Assembly: GCA_964019425.1 (NCBI GenBank)
Contig: OZ025796.1
Coordinates: 1,302,001 to 1,366,000 of the forward strand
Length of the DNA stretch: 64,000 nt
Origin: Flectonema sp. DT1601
Taxonomy: Eukaryota
Reading direction: 5' to 3'
The notes under the pieces are model-generated. The model worked only from the letters and a program-made list of their open reading frames with translations, did not search any database and was not told where the DNA came from. Below, in pieces: positions 34,660-44,876 of this stretch (position 1 is the stretch's first letter; each line of letters begins with the position of its first letter). Position numbers and translations under genes: made by a program.

Positions 34660-34886
34660 ACGTGAGAACTGCTGTTCTGAACGGTTCTGAAACGTAGATG
34701 GCGTGTCGTAACAGACTGACTAAACAGAAAAAAAATTAACAAAAAGAAAAGAAGGTCTTGGTATGCTTTGCTAAACAGTGAAAGCAACGATAAAAAGAAA
34801 CCTCCGCAAAGCCAATTATAATTCTAATCGAGATTGGAAGGAAGCTAGCGGTGACGGGTTGACATAATCCGTCACGTCTCTTTGGG

Positions 34887-34920
<34 letters not shown>

Positions 34921-35344
34921 GACTAGTAGCACATCTCTACTTTCCTTGCAATTTCGACCCCACCGATTGGTTGTCCCTTCCCGACTGAAGTCAATACCCC
35001 TTCCGATAAAGGCTGTGGTGCACGCTTTACATGTGTTTTCTTTTTTGGGTATAATGAGTTTCGTAAGGTACCTGCTCATTTATGAAAATAAAACTGTAAT
35101 ATCGAATATAGCAGGTGTCTTTAGCAGTTTTTATTTCAACAGAAACACACAAAAATGCGAATATTTCATTGTTTTGGTTTACCTACCGTATCTCAACTCA
35201 TTTTATGTACATAGTGGCTAGTTATATATTGCAAAAAAAAAAAAAACTCACTAACAAGGAAATAGTATTTCTGGAGTTGCAGAAATGTCTTACTAAGAAG
35301 AGGAGGATTAAAAACAAAAAAATAAAAAAAAAATATAAAAAAAC

Positions 35345-36409
35345 ATGTCTGAAACCGCTGAGATTTCATCCCTTAAGGGTGACATTACTAATGTTGAAAA
35401 GGGAGGAAAGAAATCTTCCAAAGGCTGGTTTAGTTCTCTCTTTAAAAAGAACAAACCAGAATCTGAAGAGACCGATCCCTACGGACTCACAGCTACTCAA
35501 AGAGAGAAATTTTCAAATGGAGTTCCCATGTTAGAGGCAATGGCTGGTCAAAACGCCTCAGCAGAAAGGTGGGAAGAAGCAGCTGAAGGATATGCCTTTG
35601 CTGCTAGAACATATTTACTCTTGGGAAACAGAACCAAATGCAGTTCACACTTTGTTAATTCCGGAAGCTGCCTTGCGAATGAAGCACAAAAAGTAATACG
35701 AAAATCTAATTCCCTTCCTGAAGAAGACCCAACAAAGACAGAACTCCAATCAAAGGCGACCAGCCTGCTAAAATCACAAATTGATCAGCTTAATAGAGCT
35801 TGTGAAGAGTCACAGATTGCTGGACACTTCACAACAGCAGCAAATATATTAGAAGACATCAGTAAGATACAGTGTGACATCAAAAGACCTCAGACATACG
35901 ATCCAATCAAAGGAGTCAAAACTTTAAAAGACGCTGCGAATATTTATACTCAAAGTGGTGCAGTCCAACAGGCGATTGATTGCCTTTCAAAGTTAGCAGT
36001 TGTTTATGAACATGAAAGTAAACTTGAAGAAGCTGAAGACCTTTGGAATGAATGCGCAAATCATGCCAGTGAGAAGAAAATACTACAAATGTCAATCATA
36101 AAATATCAATTTTCAGCTTTGATATGTCGCATATTAAGACTGTCGTTAAACACCGATAGGGAAGATTCATGTGAAAAGATGTCGGAGTCACTCGGTGATT
36201 GTATGATTGAAAATCCGCAATTCTCTCAAATTAGAGTTGAGTATCAGTTTTGTAACTCTTTAATCGATTTTATTAAAAATAATTCTACTGCTCCGATAGA
36301 TGATTTGATAAAGTCACATTCAGAGATACTGTTGCCTCATCACATATCCCTCTTGCGAAAATTTTTTGGAAAAAAGGGAGACAAAAAGTCGTTTTTCAGC
36401 TTTCGGTAG
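35345..36409 (+). CDS. Divergent alpha-SNAP-like (soluble NSF attachment protein / TPR-like) protein
   Basis: 354 aa; RWEEAAEGYAFAARTY, AGHFTTAANILEDIS, AIDCLSKLA, IIKYQFSALIC, NPQFSQIRVEYQFCNSLI match the SNAP pattern. Confidence 0.7.
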   Translation: MSETAEISSLKGDITNVEKGGKKSSKGWFSSLFKKNKPESEETDPYGLTATQREKFSNGVPMLEAMAGQNASAERWEEAAEGYAFAARTYLLLGNRTKCSSHFVNSGSCLANEAQKVIRKSNSLPEEDPTKTELQSKATSLLKSQIDQLNRACEESQIAGHFTTAANILEDISKIQCDIKRPQTYDPIKGVKTLKDAANIYTQSGAVQQAIDCLSKLAVVYEHESKLEEAEDLWNECANHASEKKILQMSIIKYQFSALICRILRLSLNTDREDSCEKMSESLGDCMIENPQFSQIRVEYQFCNSLIDFIKNNSTAPIDDLIKSHSEILLPHHISLLRKFFGKKGDKKSFFSFR

Positions 36410-36479
36410 CTCCCCCTCTCTTTCCTTCCTTTCTTCGCATCAGTTTTATTATTATTACTACAAGACAACACTATAAGAC

Positions 36480-36947
36480 ATGTCTATGAATGTAATTGCT
36501 GTGTTACAAGGACAGAAGGAGGCTATAGAAGTGAATTACGATACTAGTCTGGAAGACCTGAAAAACCGAATTTCAGAAGAATTCGGTCTGAAATGTGAAT
36601 TAAATTTATACACAGCTGATGGCAAAGTTGAGGATCTCAGTTCTCTAGTTCCGGATGTGGAAATAGAGGTTGAGACTAACATGAATGTGTGGGGTAGTTT
36701 GTATATAAATGAAGTCGGGAACAATGGGAGAAAAAGTTCCAATTTGAGAGTTAAATTCTGTGGTGAGAGGAACATTGCAACGTTCTTTATCGGACTCTCT
36801 AGTTTTGAGATTACGGATCTGCATTGGAAAGATTCAAATACAATGCATGGGATGTCATCGAAAGGAAATCAAATAGTTTATAATTTTAATACCGATAAAT
36901 CCATATTTACTGTCGGCTCACAAAAATTCGTTCTCACAGAAAATTGA
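36480..36947 (+). CDS. Small protein with N-terminal ubiquitin-like/PB1-like domain
   Basis: 155 aa; MNVIAVLQGQKEAIEVNYDTSLEDLKNRISEEFGL..LNLY is beta-grasp-like. Confidence 0.6.
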   Translation: MSMNVIAVLQGQKEAIEVNYDTSLEDLKNRISEEFGLKCELNLYTADGKVEDLSSLVPDVEIEVETNMNVWGSLYINEVGNNGRKSSNLRVKFCGERNIATFFIGLSSFEITDLHWKDSNTMHGMSSKGNQIVYNFNTDKSIFTVGSQKFVLTEN

Positions 36948-37077
36948 CCTCTGCTAACAAAGTAAGCCGACTCACAGTTTTTTCTAACTCTTTGTGAGTG
37001 GCTCAGTAATCGATTTGTGTACCTATTATTTTTATTTATTGTTGTTTTCACAGTACCTTATACACAACGAAAAAAAC

Positions 37078-38282
37078 ATGTCCAAAGGAATTCCAAACCA
37101 GATAGCGAAGAGGAAGTTAGATCACATCAACATTTGTGTGAATGATAAAATTGAACCTTTTAAAGAATCTCCGTTTCAAAAATGGAAAATGCCATACAAA
37201 ACACTTCCGGAAATCGACATGAATAATATAAACATGAGAACGAAATTTTTTAAATGGGACATATCATTCCCTCTAATCGTCGCTTCGATGACCGGAGGTG
37301 AGGAACACGGCAGGACAATAAACGAGAATATAGCCAGAGCATGCAACGCTGAGGGAATTCCTTTTGGTCTTGGATCTATGAGAATAATGACCCGTTATCC
37401 AGAATCGAAGTATCTATTATTACTATTATTATTAATTACAAAGACTTCTTTAAAAAAAATGATAAAATAAATATAACTAACCTCAGGCATACCTTTGACG
37501 TTAAGTCGTGTTGTCCAGATGTTCCAATGTTCGCTAATATTGGATTGGTACAGTTGAATTATGGTGTTACAGCTGAGGTATGTTTTTTTATTTTATTTTT
37601 TATTTTTTTTCATTCTGCGTAATTATAATGAAAATTCCTCCAAAAAAAAAAAAAAAAACAGGATATTAATAAATTAGTAGAAGAAGTTAAAGCTGACGGT
37701 CTATTTATTCACGTTAACCATCTTCAAGAAGCTGTCCAACCTGAAGGAGATGTAAATTTTGCTGGTCTCGTTGTTAAACTAAAAGAACTACTACCACAGA
37801 TATCTGTACCAGTTGTAGTAAAAGAAGTAGGACACGGATTCGATCCTGTGAGTGCTAGAATACTCTGGGATGCTGGGATCACATCTATTGATGTTGCTGG
37901 TGTAGGTGGTTGTTCATGGGCTTGGATTGAAGGTAGAAGACAAAAAGACTACTCAGAAGAAGAAAATTTAGGATACATCATGAGAGACGTAGGAGTTCCA
38001 ACAGATGTTAGTATCATAGAATGTCGTAAAGAGCTTCCTAACTCTTACTTAGTCGCATCCGGTGGACTCAGAAATGGTCTTGACATGGCGAAGGCCATTG
38101 CGCTAGGAGCTGACTACGTTTCCTGCGCAAAACCGTTCCTCAAAGCAGCGATGACCAGCACTGAAGAAGTACAAAAAGTTATCCAGAGATACAAAAAGGA
38201 AATGAGAGTCTCAATGTTTGCCTGTGGTGCAGGTGACGTCTCTGAGCTTAAACAAATTACAAACTTAATGACAAAATCATAA
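37078..38282 (+). CDS. idi2: Type 2 FMN-dependent isopentenyl-diphosphate delta-isomerase, 347 aa; exons 37078-37409, 37487-37577, 37662-38282
   Basis: RKLDHI, PLIVASMTGG, FGLGSMR, FANIGLVQL, IHVNHLQEAVQPEGD, PVVVKEVGHG, IDVAGVGGCSWAWIE, ASGGLRNGLDMAKAIALGAD. Confidence 0.95.
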
Positions 38283-38927
38283 TTAAACCTGACTTCAGCT
38301 CTCTTTCAAAAGGTACCTCGCTACTTGTATTTGTGTTTGTGTTTGTTTTAAGATGACGGGAAACAATTTTTAACGTATCTGTTCAAATATCCGATGACTT
38401 TAAATCTCGTTTGACAGTATTCCCACCTCGTTATTCCTGTGAGACTTGAAAAAAAGGCCAAAAAAAAAAAAAAAAACATCGAAAAAGAAAAAAAAAAAAA
38501 AAAACATGGCATCTCTCCGCAAGGATCCAACGTGTGCAGGCACCCGTCGGCTTCATGCCAGCTGGTCTCGAACCATTTTCTAAATCGGGCTGCCTGTTCT
38601 TTGCGTATGCTATTGACCATTCAGTTGTTGTACAAGCAGCTGCAAAAAAAAAAAAAAAAACATTAATTTTCTCTCTTGGCGAGTCGTCTATTGCCATCTT
38701 GTACTCAATTAGTTCGTATGCCTGCTTTTTAACACAAACGGTTAAGTGAACACAACCTGACAACACAGACTGCGAAATTATATATGTCACTCATTCTACA
38801 GCATAAAGGAAAGACATACAGATGAATTTATTTCGTACAAAACCACAAGAATAGCAGAATAGGATTTCCCCTTTTTATTTTTATATCCTTTCACGCTTTC
38901 ATATTTATCTATTCAGAACCTAAATAA

Positions 38928-41900
38928 ATGTCGGGACACGTCGACCCGACAGAGCAGGTGGTCGATGCTGTTAAAGATTCAGATGTAAGTAGTCCACCTG
39001 ACGTGACCGAAAGCAGTCCAAATAAAACGGCCGATGAGGAAACGAGAGCTACTGCTGATGAAGAAATAGCATCCGAACCACGCAGTCCAAACAACACAAT
39101 TGAAGAAGAGAAAAGAACATCTGCTGAAGACGAAGAGCTGGTTGAAGAGACGCATGACAAAACAATTGAAGAAGAGAAACGTGCGAGTATTCAAGAAGAA
39201 GAAATTGCTATCGGAGCAGATGATGAAATGGAGTTGCAGAGTCCGAATAAAAGTGACACAGCAGAAGAACAACAACCGACAGGAGATGAGCACCAACCCG
39301 AAATAAATAAAACAACTGACGAGGAACAAATACTTGAACGTGAAGAACAACCTCAACAAGAAGACACTGATTGTGATCATGACGATCCGTGGGTAAAGGT
39401 AACTGAAGGCAGTACTGGAACCTTCACAACCACTACAGACATTCCTTGGAGACCAACCGTTCATTACGTAATTGAAGGCAGTGCTGATGGTCAGTCAAAC
39501 AGAAGTGACGTCATTAAATCGTATTTTATAATGTCAATGCTTGGAACCTCTCGAAATACAAAACTAATTACTATCTGTCCATTGACTGGAACACTCGTAC
39601 ATGAAGGTATTTGGGGAACAGATATATTTAAATCCGAAGGAGACGCTCGCGCATACCTCACCGACAAACTAGGACTTCGAATAATAAATTGTGCTAAGGG
39701 ACCAGCTCTACTTGGTGCTGCAATATCAGGTAGTAAACTTCATATTTGTGTTGTCACTAAATCTGAAGCACGTCTTTGTCTACCAACAGGAGATCCTGTG
39801 TACACCATAACTGATGTTAAATGGGTACCAGTCAAATTAGCGTATCCAACACAAGGGCAATATCAATCAGTTTATTCTGGGCTGATAACTGACTTTAACA
39901 TAAGTAATCTTCACTACTACACACAACCCTTTGTTGATATAACTCATCCTTTTCCATCAACTGAACGCTCGTCTGATCCAAACTACGTGTGGAATCATTT
40001 TTTACAAGAACCCTTTAAGGCAATCGGTCTTAGCTCTTTGGTAGTTGACATGATTCAGGGACTTGCTATGAGTAAAGTTGTTAGTTTGGGTACTTTGAGG
40101 GTTCCTGTTGGAATGCAAAGAAGATTAACAAGATTTTATTTAAAATATAATAAAGAAAAATTAAGTTCAGTTCCGGAATTACTTCAGAAATACGCTCGTG
40201 GTCCGGAAGTGTTATTTAAGAAACTGACTTCGAAATACGGATCTGAACCAGCTGATGACGAAGAGTTAGAAGGTGAGAATATCGATGATTATGTTGAAAA
40301 ACCTTCTGAAGGGAATTATTGTCTTATAACCAGAAGAAGTTGTAAACATGCCGGAACTCGTTACAACGCTCGTGGAATCGATCAATTCGGGCACGTTGCT
40401 AACGAACTCGAATGTGAATTAATCCTGTCTTCCGGTAATAAGTTTTCATCATTTCTTTGGAGGAGAGGTTCAGTTCCAATAGGATGGTATTCATCTCTCG
40501 GACGTGCTGTTAAAGTCGGTCAAGCAACATTTCTAATCAAAGAAAACCCTTACGACTATAGTAATAAATATTGGGATTCCTTAGCTAGGAGATTCGCAGG
40601 TTGGGGTAAAGACAACAAAGCCCCTCTGATAACATGTCTTTCTCTACTTCATACTGAACCAGAACACGGTGAACTACTACTGGTAGAACACTTTCAAGAA
40701 TCATTAAGATCCGTAAAGAGTAAACGATCCACTACTAATGTTGATTTGTTTGGTTTTGATTGGCACAGAACTGTTAAGCAGCTCGGACTTCAAACAGCAG
40801 TTGAAGGCGCATGGGCTCGTCTTGCCGGGCCATTAACATCTGGTGGAGCAACAGTCGGAACTATGACGAACTCGGGTGATAATAAAGATGACTTCAGTGG
40901 ATCAGAAGCAAACAACAGTTTTATAAATACGACAGCACCAGGAGGATCTCCAACAAGTGATAGTAAGAAAAAGAAACAAGGAGCCTTTGGTATGATTCGA
41001 GGACTTGTTAGTCAACAAAAACTACGTTTTCAAGAAGGAGGATTCAACCTCGACCTGACATACATCACCCCGAGGATTATCGCAATGGGATTCCCTAGTT
41101 CTGGTGCTGAAGGTTATTATCGTAATCCAGTTGATGAAGTTGAAAGATTATTTGAAACACGTCACAAAGGTCATTATCGTATTTATAATCTATGTTCTGA
41201 ACGTGACTATGATTCAGACAACAGATTCAAAGGCTGCTATCTTCGAATGCCATTTGAAGATCACAACGCACCAGCACCCATTTCAATTATGCCTTGTTTA
41301 GTTAAAGATGCAATGGATTTTTTAAAACAACATCCTGAAAATGTTGTTTCAATCCATTGTAAAGCAGGTAAAGGAAGAACAGGACTGATGATAAGTGCGA
41401 TACTAATGGCGGGTGCTGAACCAGACTTAGTACCGCCAGCATCAGCAGCTGCGGCTTTGGGTTTCTTTGGTGCTGCTCGAACTAAAGATGGATTGGGAGT
41501 AACGATACCTTCTCAGAGAAGATATCTCACATATTATCAAGAAATGTTACTACATCATCATGGGTCTGTTAATCCTAATCCGCTACCACTTCGTATTGCT
41601 AAGATAGTAATTCAATCACCAATAAAACAAAACACTACTCCAAGTGTATATGTTCTAGTTCACGATGGGCCTAAATGGGTTAAAACAAAACTTGGAAGTC
41701 AATCAGTAGAAAGAGACACTCCAACATGTAAATGGGATTCTCGAAAAGTTGAATCTCCTCAACAAGCCGGAGCGAGATTCACATTATTTGATTTAGAAGA
41801 AGGAAAAGACGGGATGGGTCTAATCGTTAGAGGGGATACTAAGATATCATTCATGTCTGCTAGATCAATGCTTCGAGATGAGCATTTATTCCATCTCTGG

Positions 41901-44058
41901 TTTCACACGTCATTTATAAATATTGAAAGTATTAAAAAAGGAGAACCATTGCGATTCAACAAGTCTGAATTAGACAAAGCGTGTAAAGATGAAAAACATA
42001 CATCATTAAGACGAGACCTTCAGGTTGAGGTGTATTTTCAATTAGTTGACAACAATGAAGAAAGTCCTGTCTTAAACGATCAAGAGGTTCCTGAAAAAGT
42101 TAGTTCTGAAGTCGCAAATGAACCCTTGGCATCTCAATTACAAGAATCAGACGATGGGTCGGATGAAAATGAAATAATATCTTGTGTATCACAAAGACAG
42201 AGTGGTATTCTTCGATTAAATTGCGTTGATTCCCTCGACAGAACTAATTTAGTATCTTTCTTTGTCGCTCTTCAAGCATCGGGTGAGCTTCGTCGTCTTC
42301 TTAGAAATGACAGCGAACCCTCATTTCCATTTCAACAACTGACACTTCCACAAGTGAGATCATATTTGGGAGAAGATTTGGTTGGATTTCTCGCTGAAGC
42401 GTTTGTTTCAAATGGTGACGTCTGTTCGCTGTTGTACACAAACACACCCGCTACTCATACCGATGCTATCCGTGAAATGTCTCCTCGACTGTCAAAGGCT
42501 CAAAGTAACGCAAAACTATCAGTTATGAGGAGGTATCAAAATACAGTAAATGATACTGGTCGTCATAATGGTATTCTTGCATTCTTGGGATTGTTAAAGA
42601 AACCACCTCATCCACCTGCAGTACTGACTGGTGTGAGTAGCGCAGTGATATCTGGAGATATGAAACACATCAAAGAAACGAATGCTGACCCAACCTCTCT
42701 GTTAACAGGTCTTCCTGTTGGTGATCACCCTTGGATAACTAAGGCTGAGAATATGAGAGTTATTATTCTTTTACCAGCAGGTGTTGGTGCGGTCACTGAG
42801 GTGTCGTTGTGTTTTAGAAATGATCCAACTGGTGATGATGAAGGTTTCCCAACCAGACTTGAAATTGAAACAGGAAGTGACTTAAATTCTCTTAACTCTG
42901 CTCTTCCTCTAATTGCAGTTCCGAGAGCTGCAGATCATTGTTGGTTAACTTATGAGTTACAATCCCCAAGTAGATCCGGTGATAGAATTATTTCATTATC
43001 GTTTTCTGGTTGTCTGGGGTCACAGATGATCCTTGGGGGATTCCGTGTCCTCGGATGCGGTGTTGAAAAACCAATCAATACTCAACAACAAGACACAACA
43101 AATACCTTTTTGTGTGATAAAATTAAATGTACCACAGACGGTCAACTCACTTTCGCACCGAGTGGTATCTTCTTTATTGAATGTATAGAAATATTAAAAG
43201 GAACGTGCAGCAAGGAAATCTCAGTTGCCATTGGTATGAACCTTTCTATTATTATTTTTAATTTTTTCAAAAGAGAGAAAATAAGAAAAAAAATTAAAAA
43301 AAAAAAAAAAAAAACACAACAGCCATGAACCTCTCTGGAGCATCTGACGTGGAGTTCACTACCGACGGTAATCTATTGAAGTTGGAATCACCAATGAAAG
43401 GAAGGCTTATTATTATTAAGGGTGCTTCTAGCGATTTAAAAATTCAGATTCATGGAAAGAGAGAGCCAATGGCATTCAAGACTCCTCCACCTCCTTCGTC
43501 AGGATTGAGCTTGCGAAGACGTCAACTGTCTCGTAAAAAAGCGAGGGTGTTAGCGACGGTTCAGGTTTGTTGTTTTTTTATTTTATTTTTTTTATGGAGA
43601 AATAATGATATTTTAAAAATTAAAAAAAAAAAACTAAAAAAAAAAACAGGATGATGAAATGTTGGGAGCACTATTCGTTCTCATCGCAGAACCGAATGCG
43701 AACATTGTTGGCATCCGACTTTCTACTGCAGCACCAAACATTCAATCAAAAGGCATCCTTGTTGGAGTCGCAAATGATCCTGCAGTACAAACACTACCAT
43801 CCTCAAGTGCTAGATCAGCGATCATTGAGTATGTGTTTTCTTTATTTTATTTCATTCGACACACACGAAATCAAATAAATAACAACAAACAGTTACGCCG
43901 AAGACTTTGCGATCCCAGCTTGTGCGGAAAAGACTGTTCTCGATTATCACTTTTCTCAGCCAGTTAAAGGATCACTCGTTAGAATTGAAGTCCAACCTCT
44001 CACAGTTGATTCTTCATTTGTTGCTCTTTCCAGGGTATCTGTTCTGATAGCAAGCTGA
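38928..44058 (+). CDS. SAC9-like phosphoinositide phosphatase with an inserted PTEN phosphatase + C2 module, ~1630 aa; exons 38928-43233, 43323-43564, 43650-43828, 43893-44058
   Basis: SAC motifs RRSCKHAGTRYNARGID, VANELECELI, WRRGSVPIGW, RLNCVDSLDRTN; PTEN motifs LVSQQKLRFQEGGFNLDLTYITPRIIAMGFP, YNLCSERDYD, PFEDHNAP, HCKAGKGRTG, VTIPSQRRY, FHLWFHTSFI..ELDKACKD. Confidence 0.92.
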
Positions 44059-44876
44059 GATGGATAGAGATTTCTTGTTAAGTTCAGACACCAGTTGTTT
44101 TATCCCATTGCTGCTTGAGATGTATTTTGGTTTGTTACTTTTGATCGGAAAAAAAAAAATATAATATATTTGTAATCCTTCCTGCCTGTAGGTAGTTAGC
44201 TGTGTGTCTGTTGTAAGTCATTAGTCTTGTTCAATTCAATTGTTTTTGGGGGCCGCTTGTCTTCCTATCCCGACGGTGCTTCGTTCGAGACGGTTGTACA
44301 GTTGCTTCTTGTTTTTATGTATGACCTAGCCTGTAAAAAGGGATTTAAAAAAAAAAAAAATAAAGAGAAAAAAAACAAAACGGAAGCAATGGAAACCAAA
44401 TTTAACCAAAAAAAAAAAAAAATAAATAAATAAAAGACACTTCCTGTAATTGGTTAAAACCCTCAAAAAGACTACAATTCATATTATAGTGCGTCGTGCT
44501 AACGTGTGACTCTGCTGTTGTATCGCAATATCTCTCCTACGGTTTAGTTCGCTGGAGTTTTTTTTTTTTTTTTCTTCGTTCTCGTTTCGAAGTACGTTGG
44601 CTTAGCATGTGTTTTAATTTCTTTTCCTCTTGTTTTCAAAAGGTACAACCGGATATGATAAGAAGTTGAAAAGTGTTTATATCAATTTTGAGTTAATTAT
44701 TAGCTCCTGTTGTTTATCTCAGAATGTATTTGAGGTGATTAATGTTGACCTTTCAGTGTGAAGACTTAAAAATAATTATCAAGTTATCCCCCCGCAGTCG
44801 GTACGGTGCCAACCATCGTTCATCGGACTTATCAGGGAAACAAGAAATAATTTATAATTCAAGTGAAAGTCAGGAG

